A stretch of 64,000 nucleotides of DNA from Longimicrobiales bacterium. Its GTDB lineage: Bacteria > Gemmatimonadota > Gemmatimonadetes > Longimicrobiales > Gaopeijiaceae. The stretch is from contig OZ250165.1 of the NCBI GenBank assembly GCA_965238005.1, positions 1,632,001 to 1,696,000 of the forward strand, in the 5' to 3' direction. The position numbers were made by a program, and so were the translations under genes. Positions 1 through 10,143 of the stretch are shown here, one piece after another (position 1 is the stretch's first letter; every line of letters starts with the position of its first letter). The notes below the pieces were generated by a model. The model was not told where the DNA came from and searched no databases. It worked only from the letters and a program-made list of their open reading frames with translations.

Positions 1-770
1 AAGCCCTCGATGAAGTCGAACACGGCCATCTTCGCCTCGGCCTGGGTCCGGAAGCGCTGCCGGTCGAGTAGCTCGCACTCGAGCGTCGCGAAGAAGCTCT
101 CGCACATCGCGTTGTCGTAGGCGTCGCCCACGGAGCCCATCGAGGGCCGCACACCGACATCGTTGCAGCGTAGGCCGAAGGCGATCGAGGTGTACTGGGT
201 TCCCTGATCACTGTGATGGATGACGCATTCGGGCCGGCGCTGCCAGGTCGCCATGTTCAGCGCGTCCAGGACGAGCTCGGTGCGCAGGTGCGTAGCCATC
301 GACCACCCGACCACCCGCCTGCTCCAGACGTCGAGCACAACCGCGAGGTACAAGAACCCCGCCCAGGTCGGGATGTAGGTGATGTCGGCCACCCACAACT
401 GGTCTGGCCCGTCTGCGCTGAAGTCCCGCTCGATGAGATCCGGCGCGGGACGGGCGTCCTCGTTGCGCCTGGTCGTCTTCGGGCCGCGCCGCCTCCGGCT
501 AGCTCCCACAATCTCGGCCTGCTTCATGAGCCGGCCCACCCGCTTCTCACCGACCCGCTCGCCAGCTTCCTTGAGGTCCGCGTAGATGCGGGGCCGGCCA
601 TAGACCCTTCGGTTCTCGCGCCAGACCGTCTCGATCCGCTCTGTGAGCTCCTCATCTCGCTTCGCCCGAGCCGAAGGCTCGCGATCCAACCAGGCGTAGT
701 AGCCGCTGGGGGAGAGATCCAGCACACGGCACATCGCCCGCACAGGGAAGTCGGCCTGATTCGTCTTCAT
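1..770 (-). CDS. IS3 transposase OrfB (rve/DDE), partial at window edge
   Basis: WVADITYI, HHSDQGTQY and DNAMCESFF motifs; same as 39192-40043. Confidence 0.9.
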   Translation of the reverse strand, partial: MKTNQADFPVRAMCRVLDLSPSGYYAWLDREPSARAKRDEELTERIETVWRENRRVYGRPRIYADLKEAGERVGEKRVGRLMKQAEIVGASRRRRGPKTTRRNEDARPAPDLIERDFSADGPDQLWVADITYIPTWAGFLYLAVVLDVWSRRVVGWSMATHLRTELVLDALNMATWQRRPECVIHHSDQGTQYTSIAFGLRCNDVGVRPSMGSVGDAYDNAMCESFFATLECELLDRQRFRTQAEAKMAVFDFIEG

Positions 771-1081
771 GAACTCGAACCCCGTTCCGGGATCGAGTTG
801 CTCTCCCGAGCAAACCAGGCGGCGGCTTTTTTTAGAATCTCCTGCTCCATGCGCAGACGCTTGTTGTCACGCCGAAGCTGCCTGAGTTCCCCACGCTCCT
901 CCGTCGTCAGCCCGTCACTGCGACGGCCTTCATCCAAGTCAGCTTGTTTGACCCAGTTCCGTATCGCCCCGTTTGAGGGCTCGAACTCCCGGGCCAGCTC
1001 CTCCACGGAGCGGCCCGACCTGACCAACTCGACCATCTGCCGCCGAAACTCCGGCGGGTACGGCGCATGTGTTCTTGGCAT
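767..1081 (-). CDS. IS3 transposase OrfA (HTH)
   Basis: YPPEFRRQMVELV...EILKKAAAWFA; A7G slippery site. Confidence 0.9.
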   Translation of the reverse strand: MPRTHAPYPPEFRRQMVELVRSGRSVEELAREFEPSNGAIRNWVKQADLDEGRRSDGLTTEERGELRQLRRDNKRLRMEQEILKKAAAWFARESNSIPERGSSS

Positions 1082-1217
1082 CGTGGACTCCTCCTGTCTC
1101 CCTCACTACTGAGGTGTCCACCAAAGCGGGTCAACTCCACTAGCTCAGCACACAGTGGATCAAGGTGGATTGAGGTGGAATGGCGACCGTCTACTGAGAG
1201 CCGGCGGCCGGCTCGGC

Positions 1218-1601
1218 TCAGAACTCCTCCAGCAGCTTCTTGGCCTTCTTGGGGTTGTCGCAGACGATGGCGATCTCGACGAGGTCGCCCGTGATCCCGG
1301 TGACGTAGAGCGCCTCGAGGTTGATCCCCGCATCGCCGAGTCGGTTCGTGACGACAGCGAGCTCGCCCGGGCTGTTCTCGAGTAGCACGGTGTGCACTTC
1401 GCTCTCCTGGAAACGGATGTTCGCTTCCTGGAATGCGCGGCGTGCTACTTCGATATCGTCGGGGATGATGCGCGCGATCGCGTGGCCGCCGACACTGACC
1501 ACCGCGAGTGCCCTGATGTTGGCACCGCGTCGCGCGAGCGCCTGCGCCACCCGGGCGAGATCGCCGGGGTGATGCGTCAGTTGGATCGAGCAGTCCTTCA
1601 T
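1218..1601 (-). CDS. Tandem ACT-domain protein
   Basis: Two PG(D/E)LA...L...G.N(I/L) repeats; ATG at 1601 after a GAGAGGA RBS. Confidence 0.85.
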   Translation of the reverse strand: MKDCSIQLTHHPGDLARVAQALARRGANIRALAVVSVGGHAIARIIPDDIEVARRAFQEANIRFQESEVHTVLLENSPGELAVVTNRLGDAGINLEALYVTGITGDLVEIAIVCDNPKKAKKLLEEF

Positions 1602-2197
1602 GGTCCTCTCCTGTGAAGACAGCGGAAGCCACACCCGTCATCCCTAGAGTTTGATTCTTCGGGTACATCCGAAGGTGTCTGTGACTTGGCTAATCATGCA
1701 AGATTCTCGAACCAGCATACCAACAAGAGCCTCAGGTGTATCCTCGCACTTCTCCACGATGTCATTCCGTGCGCGCGCCGGTGCATCCGTGGCCTCAAGG
1801 CATTCCTGGGACTGACATTCCCGGAGGAGTTCGTCCTGCTGATCTGGGGGAAGGTCACGGAGGGATGGCTACACCGTCGCTCATGACTAGCTCCTCTTTC
1901 TACACAGGGGAATCCAGTGGTAACGCCCGGTGTTCATTCAATGTCCACCGGATGGTCGTGAAGGAGGGCATCTCCTACGACCCTCATGAGCTGCTCAGCT
2001 CGGTGAAGGGTAAGATCGGCCCCACGGGGCCGGAGGACCTGGCGAACTTGTAGCGTCATGAGGCTGGCCATGGATCGGCGTGGCCGTCGCGTGCTGGTTC
2101 ATGGACGCGGGGGTGATCTATCGCTTCGACGGGTTGAGGAGGGTAGACTTCGGGCAGCAGCGACCCTCATGCTCACACGATCACAAGGAGGGCATCC

Positions 2198-2623
2198 ATG
2201 TGGGTAGGGCGACTCGTGGACCTCATCGAGGACCATGCGGATGAGTTGACCGAGCGGCTCGTACGTAGGATGCGTGAAGATCCGCGGACGACCGGTTACC
2301 GCCAATTCGATGATGAAGAGATGGGAGAACGGGCCCGCGAAGTTTACTCCCACCTCGGGCGATGGCTCGGAGAGACCTCCGAGAGTGCCGTCGAGGCCGA
2401 GTACTTTCGTCTCGGCAAGATCAGGTGTGCGGAGGGGATACCGCTCTCCGAGGTGGTCATGGCGCTCCTCTTGGTCCGTCGCAATCTGTGGCAGTTCGTC
2501 GAATCCCGGGGCGCCGACACCATCCTGGAGCTCCGACAGGAGCTCGACCTCGAGCTGCTCGTGGTCCGTTTCTTCGACCGAGCCATTTTCCACACGGTAC
2601 GGGGGTATGAGTCCGGGGGCTGA
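2198..2623 (+). CDS. RsbRD N-terminal-like helical hypothetical protein
   Basis: AGGAGG RBS; YFRLGKIRCAEGIPLSEVV...FFDRAIFHTVRGYE. Confidence 0.7.
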   Translation: MWVGRLVDLIEDHADELTERLVRRMREDPRTTGYRQFDDEEMGERAREVYSHLGRWLGETSESAVEAEYFRLGKIRCAEGIPLSEVVMALLLVRRNLWQFVESRGADTILELRQELDLELLVVRFFDRAIFHTVRGYESGG

Positions 2624-2727
2624 CGGCGCATCCTGATCTCGCGGCGGTCATCATGAATCGGCGATGATCATGAAGTGGTCGGTCGGGATCGCCCAGGGCG
2701 AAGAGGCCTCTCGGCCCGTTGGCCGGC

Positions 2728-3852
2728 TCAGCAATGCACGAACTCGTGCCCCTTCGGCATCAGCCGGAAGGGGATCTCGTCGCACATTCCCGTCAGTTTC
2801 GGTCGTAGCGTATCCAGGACTTCGCGGTCCGGAGCGAACACCAGCACGCTGCCCCCGCCTCCAGCCCCCATCGGGAATGCCTCGGCGCCGAGTGCGGCGG
2901 CGTGCTCGCCCAGCGCCTCGGCCCCGGCCATGTAGGGTGGCACGAGATCGACCCGCACCTGCCTGAATCCGCGAATGCTCTCGAGCACGCGCTCCCAATC
3001 ACTCAGGCGCAGCCCCTCACGGTACTCGTAAGCGTATCCCGGGAGGTCCGTCAGTCGCGGGAAGGACTCCTCGTCGCGGAGCATGCCGCACCAGGTCTGG
3101 TTGACGGTGGAGCTGAACCGCGTCTTCCCGGTATGGAAGACCGCCATGCGTTCCTCCAAAGCTTGGTATTCGTCAGGCGGGACGAGCTCGTAACGCACGG
3201 ACGTACCGAGGCCCTGGCGAGGCTGCCCCGGGATCCCCCACGGCAGCCAGACGTAGTCCACGACGCCACCCCAGACCACGTTGGACTGTTCCTGGGTGCC
3301 GGTGAGACTGGTGCCCAGATCCTGCTCAAGACGTGAGGCCAGAGCAACGATCTGGGGTCCATCCATGGGGTCGCCGGCCAGACGATTGGCCAGGAGGCAC
3401 ACCGCGGTCATGGCCGTTGCCGAGCCCCCGAGGCCCGCCGACAGGAGCCCCGGGCGCAGGCTATGGAGATGAAAGGCCACGCCACTCAAGCCGAAGGCAT
3501 CGGCCGCTTTGACGAGCCAGTTCTGCTGCGTTGCCGCCACCTGCCCAGCCCGCGCCGCCACCTCCGTGCCATACTCGGACGAGCGGACTGCGATCATGCC
3601 GGTTTCGTAGGGGTGGGCCTCGACCCGCGACCCCGTGTCGATGGTCAGGCAGATGGTGCGGGGAAGCGCTGCGCTCCACGCTGCGGTGGGGTCGGAGTGC
3701 GGATCGTCAGGCCAGATGGGAGGTCGCCACAGCCCCTGCTGGAACTCACGCATGTCCAGAGTGGAGCCCGGTCCGTCGATGCGGTGGCGGGCGATGATCG
3801 TGGGGAGCTCACCCTTCTCCTGGGCGGCCTGCAGCCGGGCACGCAGGTCCAA
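2728..3852 (-). CDS. GHMP-family kinase (HddA-like sugar kinase)
   Basis: SAGLGGSA ATP loop and GAGGGGS motif; start uncertain. Confidence 0.8.
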   Translation of the reverse strand: MDLRARLQAAQEKGELPTIIARHRIDGPGSTLDMREFQQGLWRPPIWPDDPHSDPTAAWSAALPRTICLTIDTGSRVEAHPYETGMIAVRSSEYGTEVAARAGQVAATQQNWLVKAADAFGLSGVAFHLHSLRPGLLSAGLGGSATAMTAVCLLANRLAGDPMDGPQIVALASRLEQDLGTSLTGTQEQSNVVWGGVVDYVWLPWGIPGQPRQGLGTSVRYELVPPDEYQALEERMAVFHTGKTRFSSTVNQTWCGMLRDEESFPRLTDLPGYAYEYREGLRLSDWERVLESIRGFRQVRVDLVPPYMAGAEALGEHAAALGAEAFPMGAGGGGSVLVFAPDREVLDTLRPKLTGMCDEIPFRLMPKGHEFVHC

Positions 3853-3866
3853 GGGACTGAGGTTCC

Positions 3867-5252
3867 CTAGGGGAGCGAGGTGGGCTCGCTGGCCATCCAG
3901 CCCGTATTGCCACCCGGGGACTGCACGTACAGGAATCCCTCGAAAGTCCCCAGCACCGACACGCCCGTGCCGGCCTCCACAGCCTCCATCATCGGCGCGC
4001 CGTCACTGGGACCACTCACCAACGGGGAGGTCCGTGCCACGACCTGCCTCCGGAGAGGCTCACTCACGGCCTCGGTGAGGCGGGCGGCCACAAAACCGGC
4101 CTGTCCGTCCGGGAGGCGTACCCGATACCATGGCCCGGCAGCCGCCAGGACTCGCACGGGGGTGTGCTCCTCGAGCTCGACCACCACCGTGGCTCGACGG
4201 GTGGGCCCCCCTCTCAGCCGGATCCCTTCGTTGACCGTGCGGGTCCACGCGCCCAGATGGTCCAAGGGAGCGGAGGTCGCCACCAGGTCCTGGGAGGGCT
4301 TGTAGAGGAAGTAATACGGGTCCACCGGTCCCTCTCTCCGCCGGTACACCCCGAAGTGGAGGTGCGGCGGGGTGGTTCGGGCGTTGCCGGTGTTGCCCAC
4401 GAACCCGAGGAGGGTGCCCTTGGTGACCCGCTCCCCAGACTGAACGACCTGGCTGTCGAGGTGAGCGTAGTAGATCGAGTTGGGCTCCACGGAGTCGCGG
4501 ACCCAGACGGTTTTGCCGCCGATCGCGGTGTTCCGGACCCGACTGACCTGTCCGTCCGTGGCGGATAACACGGGCGTGCCCCTGGGAGCGAAGATGTCCA
4601 CGCCGTGATGGCTGCGCCGTCCGGCGTCCCGGTCGGCACCAAAGCCGCTCAGAATGGCCCGGTTGTTGCGGCCCTCTACCGGGAAGGCCATGGATGCTTC
4701 GGCCCTCAGGACTATGCGGTAACGGCCCCCTCGGAGGAGCTCGGGTTGCAGGCGGACCACGTAGCTGGCGCCGCGGCTCGCCACGTACTCCACCATCCCC
4801 GGAACCGAGTCAGACGAGAGTACGGGCAGTGGAGCCCGCTCCGGGGTGCTCTGCATTCGGTAGACGTCCACGAACAGCCTGGTAGGCTCACCGCCGTTCA
4901 GCTCCACGTCGATGGAGAGCCGCTGACCCCGCCTGAGCTCCACCAGATAGCTTCTGGCATCCGGTGACTCGGGAAAGAGGAAGCCCTCCTCTTCGAAGGG
5001 AAGCCCGACCGTGGGGGGTTCGTCGAGAGCGCGGGCCGCCGCCTCCGACCACGCCGTGCCCAGGGCGGTCTCGGCCAGACCTACGGCGCGAAGGGACTCG
5101 AAATACGCTTCATGAGGCGTCAGATCGCGGAACTCGTTCCGGATCTGATCGACCTGTTCGCAGGCGGAAATGAAGAGTAGGGCGCCAAGGATCCCGCCGA
5201 CACGACACGACCACACTCCGCCCCATCCTCTTCGATAGTGCTCAGTCCTCAT
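3867..5252 (-). CDS. M23 metallopeptidase with SH3b-like domains (probable lipoprotein)
   Basis: HHGVDIFAPRGTPV, YYAHL and PHLHF motifs; ISAC lipobox; LRGGP..WYRV SH3b pattern. Confidence 0.9.
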   Translation of the reverse strand: MRTEHYRRGWGGVWSCRVGGILGALLFISACEQVDQIRNEFRDLTPHEAYFESLRAVGLAETALGTAWSEAAARALDEPPTVGLPFEEEGFLFPESPDARSYLVELRRGQRLSIDVELNGGEPTRLFVDVYRMQSTPERAPLPVLSSDSVPGMVEYVASRGASYVVRLQPELLRGGRYRIVLRAEASMAFPVEGRNNRAILSGFGADRDAGRRSHHGVDIFAPRGTPVLSATDGQVSRVRNTAIGGKTVWVRDSVEPNSIYYAHLDSQVVQSGERVTKGTLLGFVGNTGNARTTPPHLHFGVYRRREGPVDPYYFLYKPSQDLVATSAPLDHLGAWTRTVNEGIRLRGGPTRRATVVVELEEHTPVRVLAAAGPWYRVRLPDGQAGFVAARLTEAVSEPLRRQVVARTSPLVSGPSDGAPMMEAVEAGTGVSVLGTFEGFLYVQSPGGNTGWMASEPTSLP

Positions 5253-5387
5253 GTGCCCAATCTACGCATTTTTGCCATTCGGGTTCCTGTCCTGCTCAAC
5301 GATGTCTACCGCCCTGTACCATAATTGAACGGAATTGTTGAGATTTCTATGATGCTCGACATCCTTCCTGACCAGAGGGCCCCTTAC

Positions 5388-6674
5388 ATGGTACGAATCG
5401 CCGAGATCGAAGCCGGCAGCATTGCGGACGAACTCCACCTCGAGATCGGGACGCGCGTCGTCCGGATCAACGGGCAGCGAGTCCGCGACGGCATCGACCT
5501 GACCTTCCTCCTGGCGGAGAGCACTCTCGAGCTCGAGACCGTGAACCCGCACGGGGACGCGGTCTTCTACGAGGTCGAGCGTGAGCCGGGGGAGCCCGTC
5601 GGCATCATCCCGGCGCCCGACACGATTCGTGAATGTGCGAACAAGTGCGTGTTCTGCTTCATCGACGGGAATCCCAAGGATGTGCGTGACACACTCTGGC
5701 TCAGGGACGACGACTTCCGGCTCTCGTTTACGTACGGCAGCTACGTGACGCTCACGAACCTGGGTCCCAGGGGGATGGAGCGCCTGGTGGAGCAACGAAT
5801 CAGCCCGCTCTACGTGAGCGTGCACGCCACGGAGCCCGAAGTACGTGAGCGTTTGCTGGTCAACGAACGGGCCGGCCTCATCATGGAGCAGCTCCGGTTT
5901 CTGCTCAAGGGCGGACTCGAGGTCCATATCCAGGTCGTGCTCTGTCCCGAGTGGAACGACCGTGAGCACTTGGACCGAACCATCGACGACCTCTACGCGC
6001 TGGGGGAGGGCGCTCGGTCATTGTCGGTCGTGCCAGTGGGGCTCACGAAGTACAATCTGGGCCGCCCCGTCCGGCTCCTGACACGGGAAGAGGCCTTGGC
6101 GGCCATCGGACAGGTGGATCGCATCCGGCAACGGGCCCTTGAGGAGCGGGGCCGAGGTTGGTGCTACGCCGCCGACGAGATGTACTTGATCGCCGGCGGC
6201 GATTTTCCCCCGGACGAATACTACGACGAGGCCTCCCTCACGGAGAACGGGGTGGGTGCCATGAATCGCTTCGTGCGCGAGTTCGAGAAGGGACTGCCCC
6301 ACGCGCCGGCCCTTCCGGGGCGTACGCTTCGCATCGTGACCGGACTGTCGATGGAGGGGCTGTTCCGGGAGAGGGCGCCGCGCCTGGCTGAGGCCACCGG
6401 AGCCCAGGTGGACGTGATCGGCGTGGTGAACGATTTCTACGGTGACAGCGTGACGATAGCCGGACTCCTCAGCGGTCGGGACATCGTACAGGCCGTGGGC
6501 GACACACGGGAAGACGAGCTAATGCTCCTGCCGGCCGAGGCGCTCAACGCCGATGACCTGTTCGTCGACAGCCTGCCGCTGGGAGAGGTTCGAGCCGCCC
6601 TGGCACCGGCGGACGTCGTGACCGGGTACGACCTCCTCGAGTGCCTCGGAAGCCTCTCGGAAACGCACGCATGA
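5388..6674 (+). CDS. DUF512 / PDZ radical-SAM-like Fe-S protein
   Basis: CANKCVFCF, DDDFRLSF, SVVPVGLT and ENGVG motifs; position upstream of der. Confidence 0.9.
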   Translation: MVRIAEIEAGSIADELHLEIGTRVVRINGQRVRDGIDLTFLLAESTLELETVNPHGDAVFYEVEREPGEPVGIIPAPDTIRECANKCVFCFIDGNPKDVRDTLWLRDDDFRLSFTYGSYVTLTNLGPRGMERLVEQRISPLYVSVHATEPEVRERLLVNERAGLIMEQLRFLLKGGLEVHIQVVLCPEWNDREHLDRTIDDLYALGEGARSLSVVPVGLTKYNLGRPVRLLTREEALAAIGQVDRIRQRALEERGRGWCYAADEMYLIAGGDFPPDEYYDEASLTENGVGAMNRFVREFEKGLPHAPALPGRTLRIVTGLSMEGLFRERAPRLAEATGAQVDVIGVVNDFYGDSVTIAGLLSGRDIVQAVGDTREDELMLLPAEALNADDLFVDSLPLGEVRAALAPADVVTGYDLLECLGSLSETHA

Positions 6675-6689
6675 GTCGGAAGCGCACGC

Positions 6690-8006
6690 ATGCGTAGGAC
6701 CTTGCCGGTGGTAGCCGTGGTGGGCAGGCCCAACGTGGGAAAGTCCACCTTTTTCAATCGCGTGATCGGCGGGCGCGTCGCCATCGTTGACGAGCGGCCC
6801 GGTGTCACCCGGGATCGGAATTTCAGCAAGGTCGACTGGGCCGGTCATCACTTCTACCTGGTCGATACCGGAGGCGTGATCGAGGGCAGTGACGAGCCCT
6901 TGGATCGGGCGATTCGAGAGCAGGCTTACGCCGCCGTGGCGGAGGCCGACGTCATACTCTTCCTCGTGGACGGCAAGGCCGGCGTCCATCCTCTGGACGA
7001 GCGCCTTGCGGAGATCCTCAGGAAGAGCGGCCCCCCCGTGCTGCTCGTCGTGAACAAGATGGACAACCTTCCCCGGGACCAGAGTCATCTGGACCTCTGG
7101 AGCCTGGGCATGGGCGAGCCAATTCCCGTGAGTGCCCTTTCGGGAAAAGGCTCGGGCGACCTCCTGGATGCCGTGGTGGCCAGTCTTCCCGAGCAGCAGG
7201 ACGTGGAGGAGGAGGCTGGTGTGATCCGGGTAGCCGTGGTTGGAAAGCCGAACGTCGGGAAGTCGAGTTTTGTGAACCGGCTCTTCGGGGAAGATCGGGT
7301 GGTGGTGAGTGAGGTGCCCGGCACCACCAGGGATCCGGTGGATTCACTCCTCCAGTATCACGGCAAGAACCTCGTTTTCGTGGACACGGCGGGGCTCCGC
7401 CGACAATCCAAGATCAAGGACTCGCTGGAGTACTATTCGGTCCTGCGGACGGCCAAGGTCGTGCGCGAAGCCGACGTGTGTCTCGTTCTCGTCGACGCCA
7501 CCGAGCCCATTCACGTGCAGGACCTCAAGGTGGCCGAGCAGGCCTGGGAGGCGGGCGCGGGCGTGATCCTCGTAGCCAACAAGTGGGATCTGGTCGAGAA
7601 GGATCACAAAACCGCCCCGCAGTTCGAGAAGGATCTGAAAGAGCGGGCACCTTTCCTTCGATGGATTCCGGCGCTGTTCACCTCCGCTCTATCCGGTCAA
7701 CGGGTCAGGAAGTGCCTCGACGTGATCCTCGAGGTCCAGGAGGAGCGGCACCGGAGGATCGCCACCGCCGACGTCAACGAGGCCCTGGCGGGACTGCTGC
7801 GCCACCAGCCACCTCCACACAGCCGGGGCCGTCGGGTGAAGATCCGATACGGGACGCAGGTCTCGGTCGCGCCTCCCACCTTCATCTTCTTCGCCAATCT
7901 CCCAAAGGCTCTTCCCGAGCACTACATTCGCTACGTCCACAACAACCTCAGAGATCGTTGGGGGTTCGTGGGAAGTCCCATCCGAGTCCGCTTCAGGGAG
8001 AACTGA
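6690..8006 (+). CDS. der: Ribosome biogenesis GTPase Der
   Basis: Two G domains (GRPNVGKS, GKPNVGKS) and a KH-like C-terminus. Confidence 0.97.
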   Translation: MRRTLPVVAVVGRPNVGKSTFFNRVIGGRVAIVDERPGVTRDRNFSKVDWAGHHFYLVDTGGVIEGSDEPLDRAIREQAYAAVAEADVILFLVDGKAGVHPLDERLAEILRKSGPPVLLVVNKMDNLPRDQSHLDLWSLGMGEPIPVSALSGKGSGDLLDAVVASLPEQQDVEEEAGVIRVAVVGKPNVGKSSFVNRLFGEDRVVVSEVPGTTRDPVDSLLQYHGKNLVFVDTAGLRRQSKIKDSLEYYSVLRTAKVVREADVCLVLVDATEPIHVQDLKVAEQAWEAGAGVILVANKWDLVEKDHKTAPQFEKDLKERAPFLRWIPALFTSALSGQRVRKCLDVILEVQEERHRRIATADVNEALAGLLRHQPPPHSRGRRVKIRYGTQVSVAPPTFIFFANLPKALPEHYIRYVHNNLRDRWGFVGSPIRVRFREN

Positions 8007-8011
8007 CCCTC

Positions 8012-8629
8012 GTGAGTCCGTACGTCCTCCTCGCGCTGGCGTACGTCGCCGGTGCGACCCCCACGAGCCACGTCGTCGGGAAGGGCGTGTACGGGATCGA
8101 CCTGCGGACCGAGGGAAGCGGGAACCTGGGAGGCACGAACGCATTCCGGGTGCTCGGCTGGAAGGCGGCGCTTCCGGTCATCGTGGTGGACATCTTGAAG
8201 GGCTGGTTCCCTGTGTGGTACTTCCCACAGATCCATGGTGACGCGCCATGGACGTGGGCTCTGGTGTATGGCGGCGCGGCCATCGTCGGGCACGTCTTCT
8301 CCTTTTGGGTGGGCTTCAAGGGAGGGAAGGGGATGGCCACCAGCGGCGGCGTATTCATTGCGGTGGCGCCCTTGGCGCTTCTCGCAGGTCTAGCGACCTG
8401 GCTGATAGCGGTGATCGGGACGCGCATCGCTTCCGTGGGCTCGCTGAGCGCAGCCCTGGTCGTGCCCGTGGTCGTCTACTTCACTCCGAACCAGGGTGGA
8501 GACATCACCTTTTGGTTCACAATAGGCCTGACCCTGTTCGTGATCTGGTCCCACCGCTCGAATATCGGGCGGCTCCTCAGGGGTGAGGAGCAAGCGTTGC
8601 GGACACGGGAATCGGGAGGCTCGGCTTGA
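8012..8629 (+). CDS. plsY: Glycerol-3-phosphate acyltransferase PlsY
   Basis: GSGNLGGTN, FKGGKGMAT and HRSNIGRL motifs; GTG start at 8012. Confidence 0.95.
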   Translation: MSPYVLLALAYVAGATPTSHVVGKGVYGIDLRTEGSGNLGGTNAFRVLGWKAALPVIVVDILKGWFPVWYFPQIHGDAPWTWALVYGGAAIVGHVFSFWVGFKGGKGMATSGGVFIAVAPLALLAGLATWLIAVIGTRIASVGSLSAALVVPVVVYFTPNQGGDITFWFTIGLTLFVIWSHRSNIGRLLRGEEQALRTRESGGSA

Positions 8630-9633
8630 CACAGGTCGCCGTCGTAGGTGCCGGAAGTTGGGGCACGGCCCTGGCTGCACTTCTGGCCAAGAAAGGACAC
8701 GAGGTGCGGTTGTGGGCGTACGAGCCGGAGGTCGCTGAGGAGATTAAAGGGCTGGGCGAGAACCGAACCTACCTACCCGGCGTCAAGCTCCCCTTGAACC
8801 TCGAGTGCACGACGGACATGGAGACGGCACTGGGTGACGCCGACGTCGTACTTTCGGTGAGCCCGTCCCAGTTCGTAGGCACCGTCATGGGCGAGGCGGC
8901 CGCCTACATGCGGGACGACGCCCTCGTGGTGAGCGCGTCGAAGGGGATCGAGACGTCCACGCTCCGACGAATGGACGAGGTCCTGTCGAGCGTCTTGGGT
9001 CCTGCCCAGATGGAGGGTTTCAGTGCTCTCTCCGGGCCGAGCTTCGCCGTCGAAGTGGCTCGAGAGGCGCCGACCGCCGTGGTGGTGGCCAGTAGCTCGG
9101 AGGAGGCGGCCCTCCAGGTACAGGACCTCTTCCAGACCGGGCATTTCCGTGTGTACACCGGGACCGACGTGGTTGGCGTGGAGCTGGGTGGAGCGCTCAA
9201 GAACGTCATCGCACTGGGGGCCGGGGTGACGGCGGGATTGGGCTTTGGACACAACACCCTGGCGGCCCTCATGACCCGAGGGCTGGCGGAGATTCGCAGG
9301 CTGGGAGTCGCCATGGGCGCTCAGGCGTCCACCTTCTCGGGCCTGGCCGGCATGGGAGACCTGGTCCTCACGTGCACGGGATCTTTGAGCAGGAACCGCA
9401 CGGTCGGGTATCGCCTCGGTCAGGGCGAGGCCCTCGAGTCGATCCTCGGCGACATGACGGCGGTGGCCGAGGGGGTCAGGACGGCCCAGGCCGTGCATGA
9501 TCTCGCCGAGCGTTACGGGGTAGAGATGCCCATCGCGGAAGAGGTTAACGGGATGCTGGTGTTAGGGACCGAGCCGAGGCAGGCTCTGCAGAACCTCATG
9601 GAGCGCGACCCGAAGCCCGAAGAGTGGTACTAG
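8626..9633 (+). CDS. gpsA: NAD(P)H-dependent glycerol-3-phosphate dehydrogenase
   Basis: GAGSWGTA, GGALKNVIA and GDLVLTC..SRN motifs. Confidence 0.97.
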   Translation: MTQVAVVGAGSWGTALAALLAKKGHEVRLWAYEPEVAEEIKGLGENRTYLPGVKLPLNLECTTDMETALGDADVVLSVSPSQFVGTVMGEAAAYMRDDALVVSASKGIETSTLRRMDEVLSSVLGPAQMEGFSALSGPSFAVEVAREAPTAVVVASSSEEAALQVQDLFQTGHFRVYTGTDVVGVELGGALKNVIALGAGVTAGLGFGHNTLAALMTRGLAEIRRLGVAMGAQASTFSGLAGMGDLVLTCTGSLSRNRTVGYRLGQGEALESILGDMTAVAEGVRTAQAVHDLAERYGVEMPIAEEVNGMLVLGTEPRQALQNLMERDPKPEEWY

Positions 9634-9765
9634 GGCCGGATGCATCGGTGCTCGAGCCGAGAGACCTTCATGTTCGCCGTGAGCGCCGAGTTGACCGCGA
9701 GACAATCGAGCGCAGCGAGATCAATGGCCGAGACACTTCTGGGACACCACACTAGCGACAGGGAA

Positions 9766-10143
9766 ATGATGATGGATGAGCCCATCGCCAAGAAGGAGTA
9801 CTACTCCATCGGTGAGGTCTGTGAGCTCACCGGCCTCAAACCTCACGTCCTTCGGTACTGGGAGACGCAGTTCGAGCTCCTGCACCCCACCAAGAACCGG
9901 GCCGGTAACCGGGTATTCCGTCCCAAGGAGATCGAGCTGGTGCTCCTGGTGAAGCACCTGCTCTACGAGAAGAAATTCACGATCGACGGGGCCCGGCAGA
10001 AGCTGCTCGACATGCGGCAGCGGGGCGAGATTATGGAGGGCAAGAAGGACGTGGTGGACCAGGAGTTCCTGGGCGGCATGAAGCAGGACCTGAATCACCT
10101 CAAGGAGGTTCTCACCGCCCCGCCGAGTCGGCTTCCGTCCTGA
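9766..10143 (+). CDS. MerR-family HTH regulator
   Basis: YYSIGEV...PHVLRYWE; start placed at the ATG cluster 9766-9772. Confidence 0.9.
   Translation: MMMDEPIAKKEYYSIGEVCELTGLKPHVLRYWETQFELLHPTKNRAGNRVFRPKEIELVLLVKHLLYEKKFTIDGARQKLLDMRQRGEIMEGKKDVVDQEFLGGMKQDLNHLKEVLTAPPSRLPS

Larger units (their letters stand above)
1..1139 (-). mobile_element. IS3-family insertion sequence, copy 1 (cut by window start)
   Basis: Matches 38823-40167; left end TGGAGTTGACCCGC at 1139; orfA/orfB layout. Confidence 0.95.

Noticed and set aside
1640..2100. ORFs 1686-1886 and 1736-2053
   Set aside because: No recognisable motif or good start; possibly a decayed fragment, but I cannot support it.
7478..8011. N-terminal extensions on plsY and on yqaA (11020)
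   Set aside because: They overlap der and pcm in another frame; the true starts are near 8012 and 11557.
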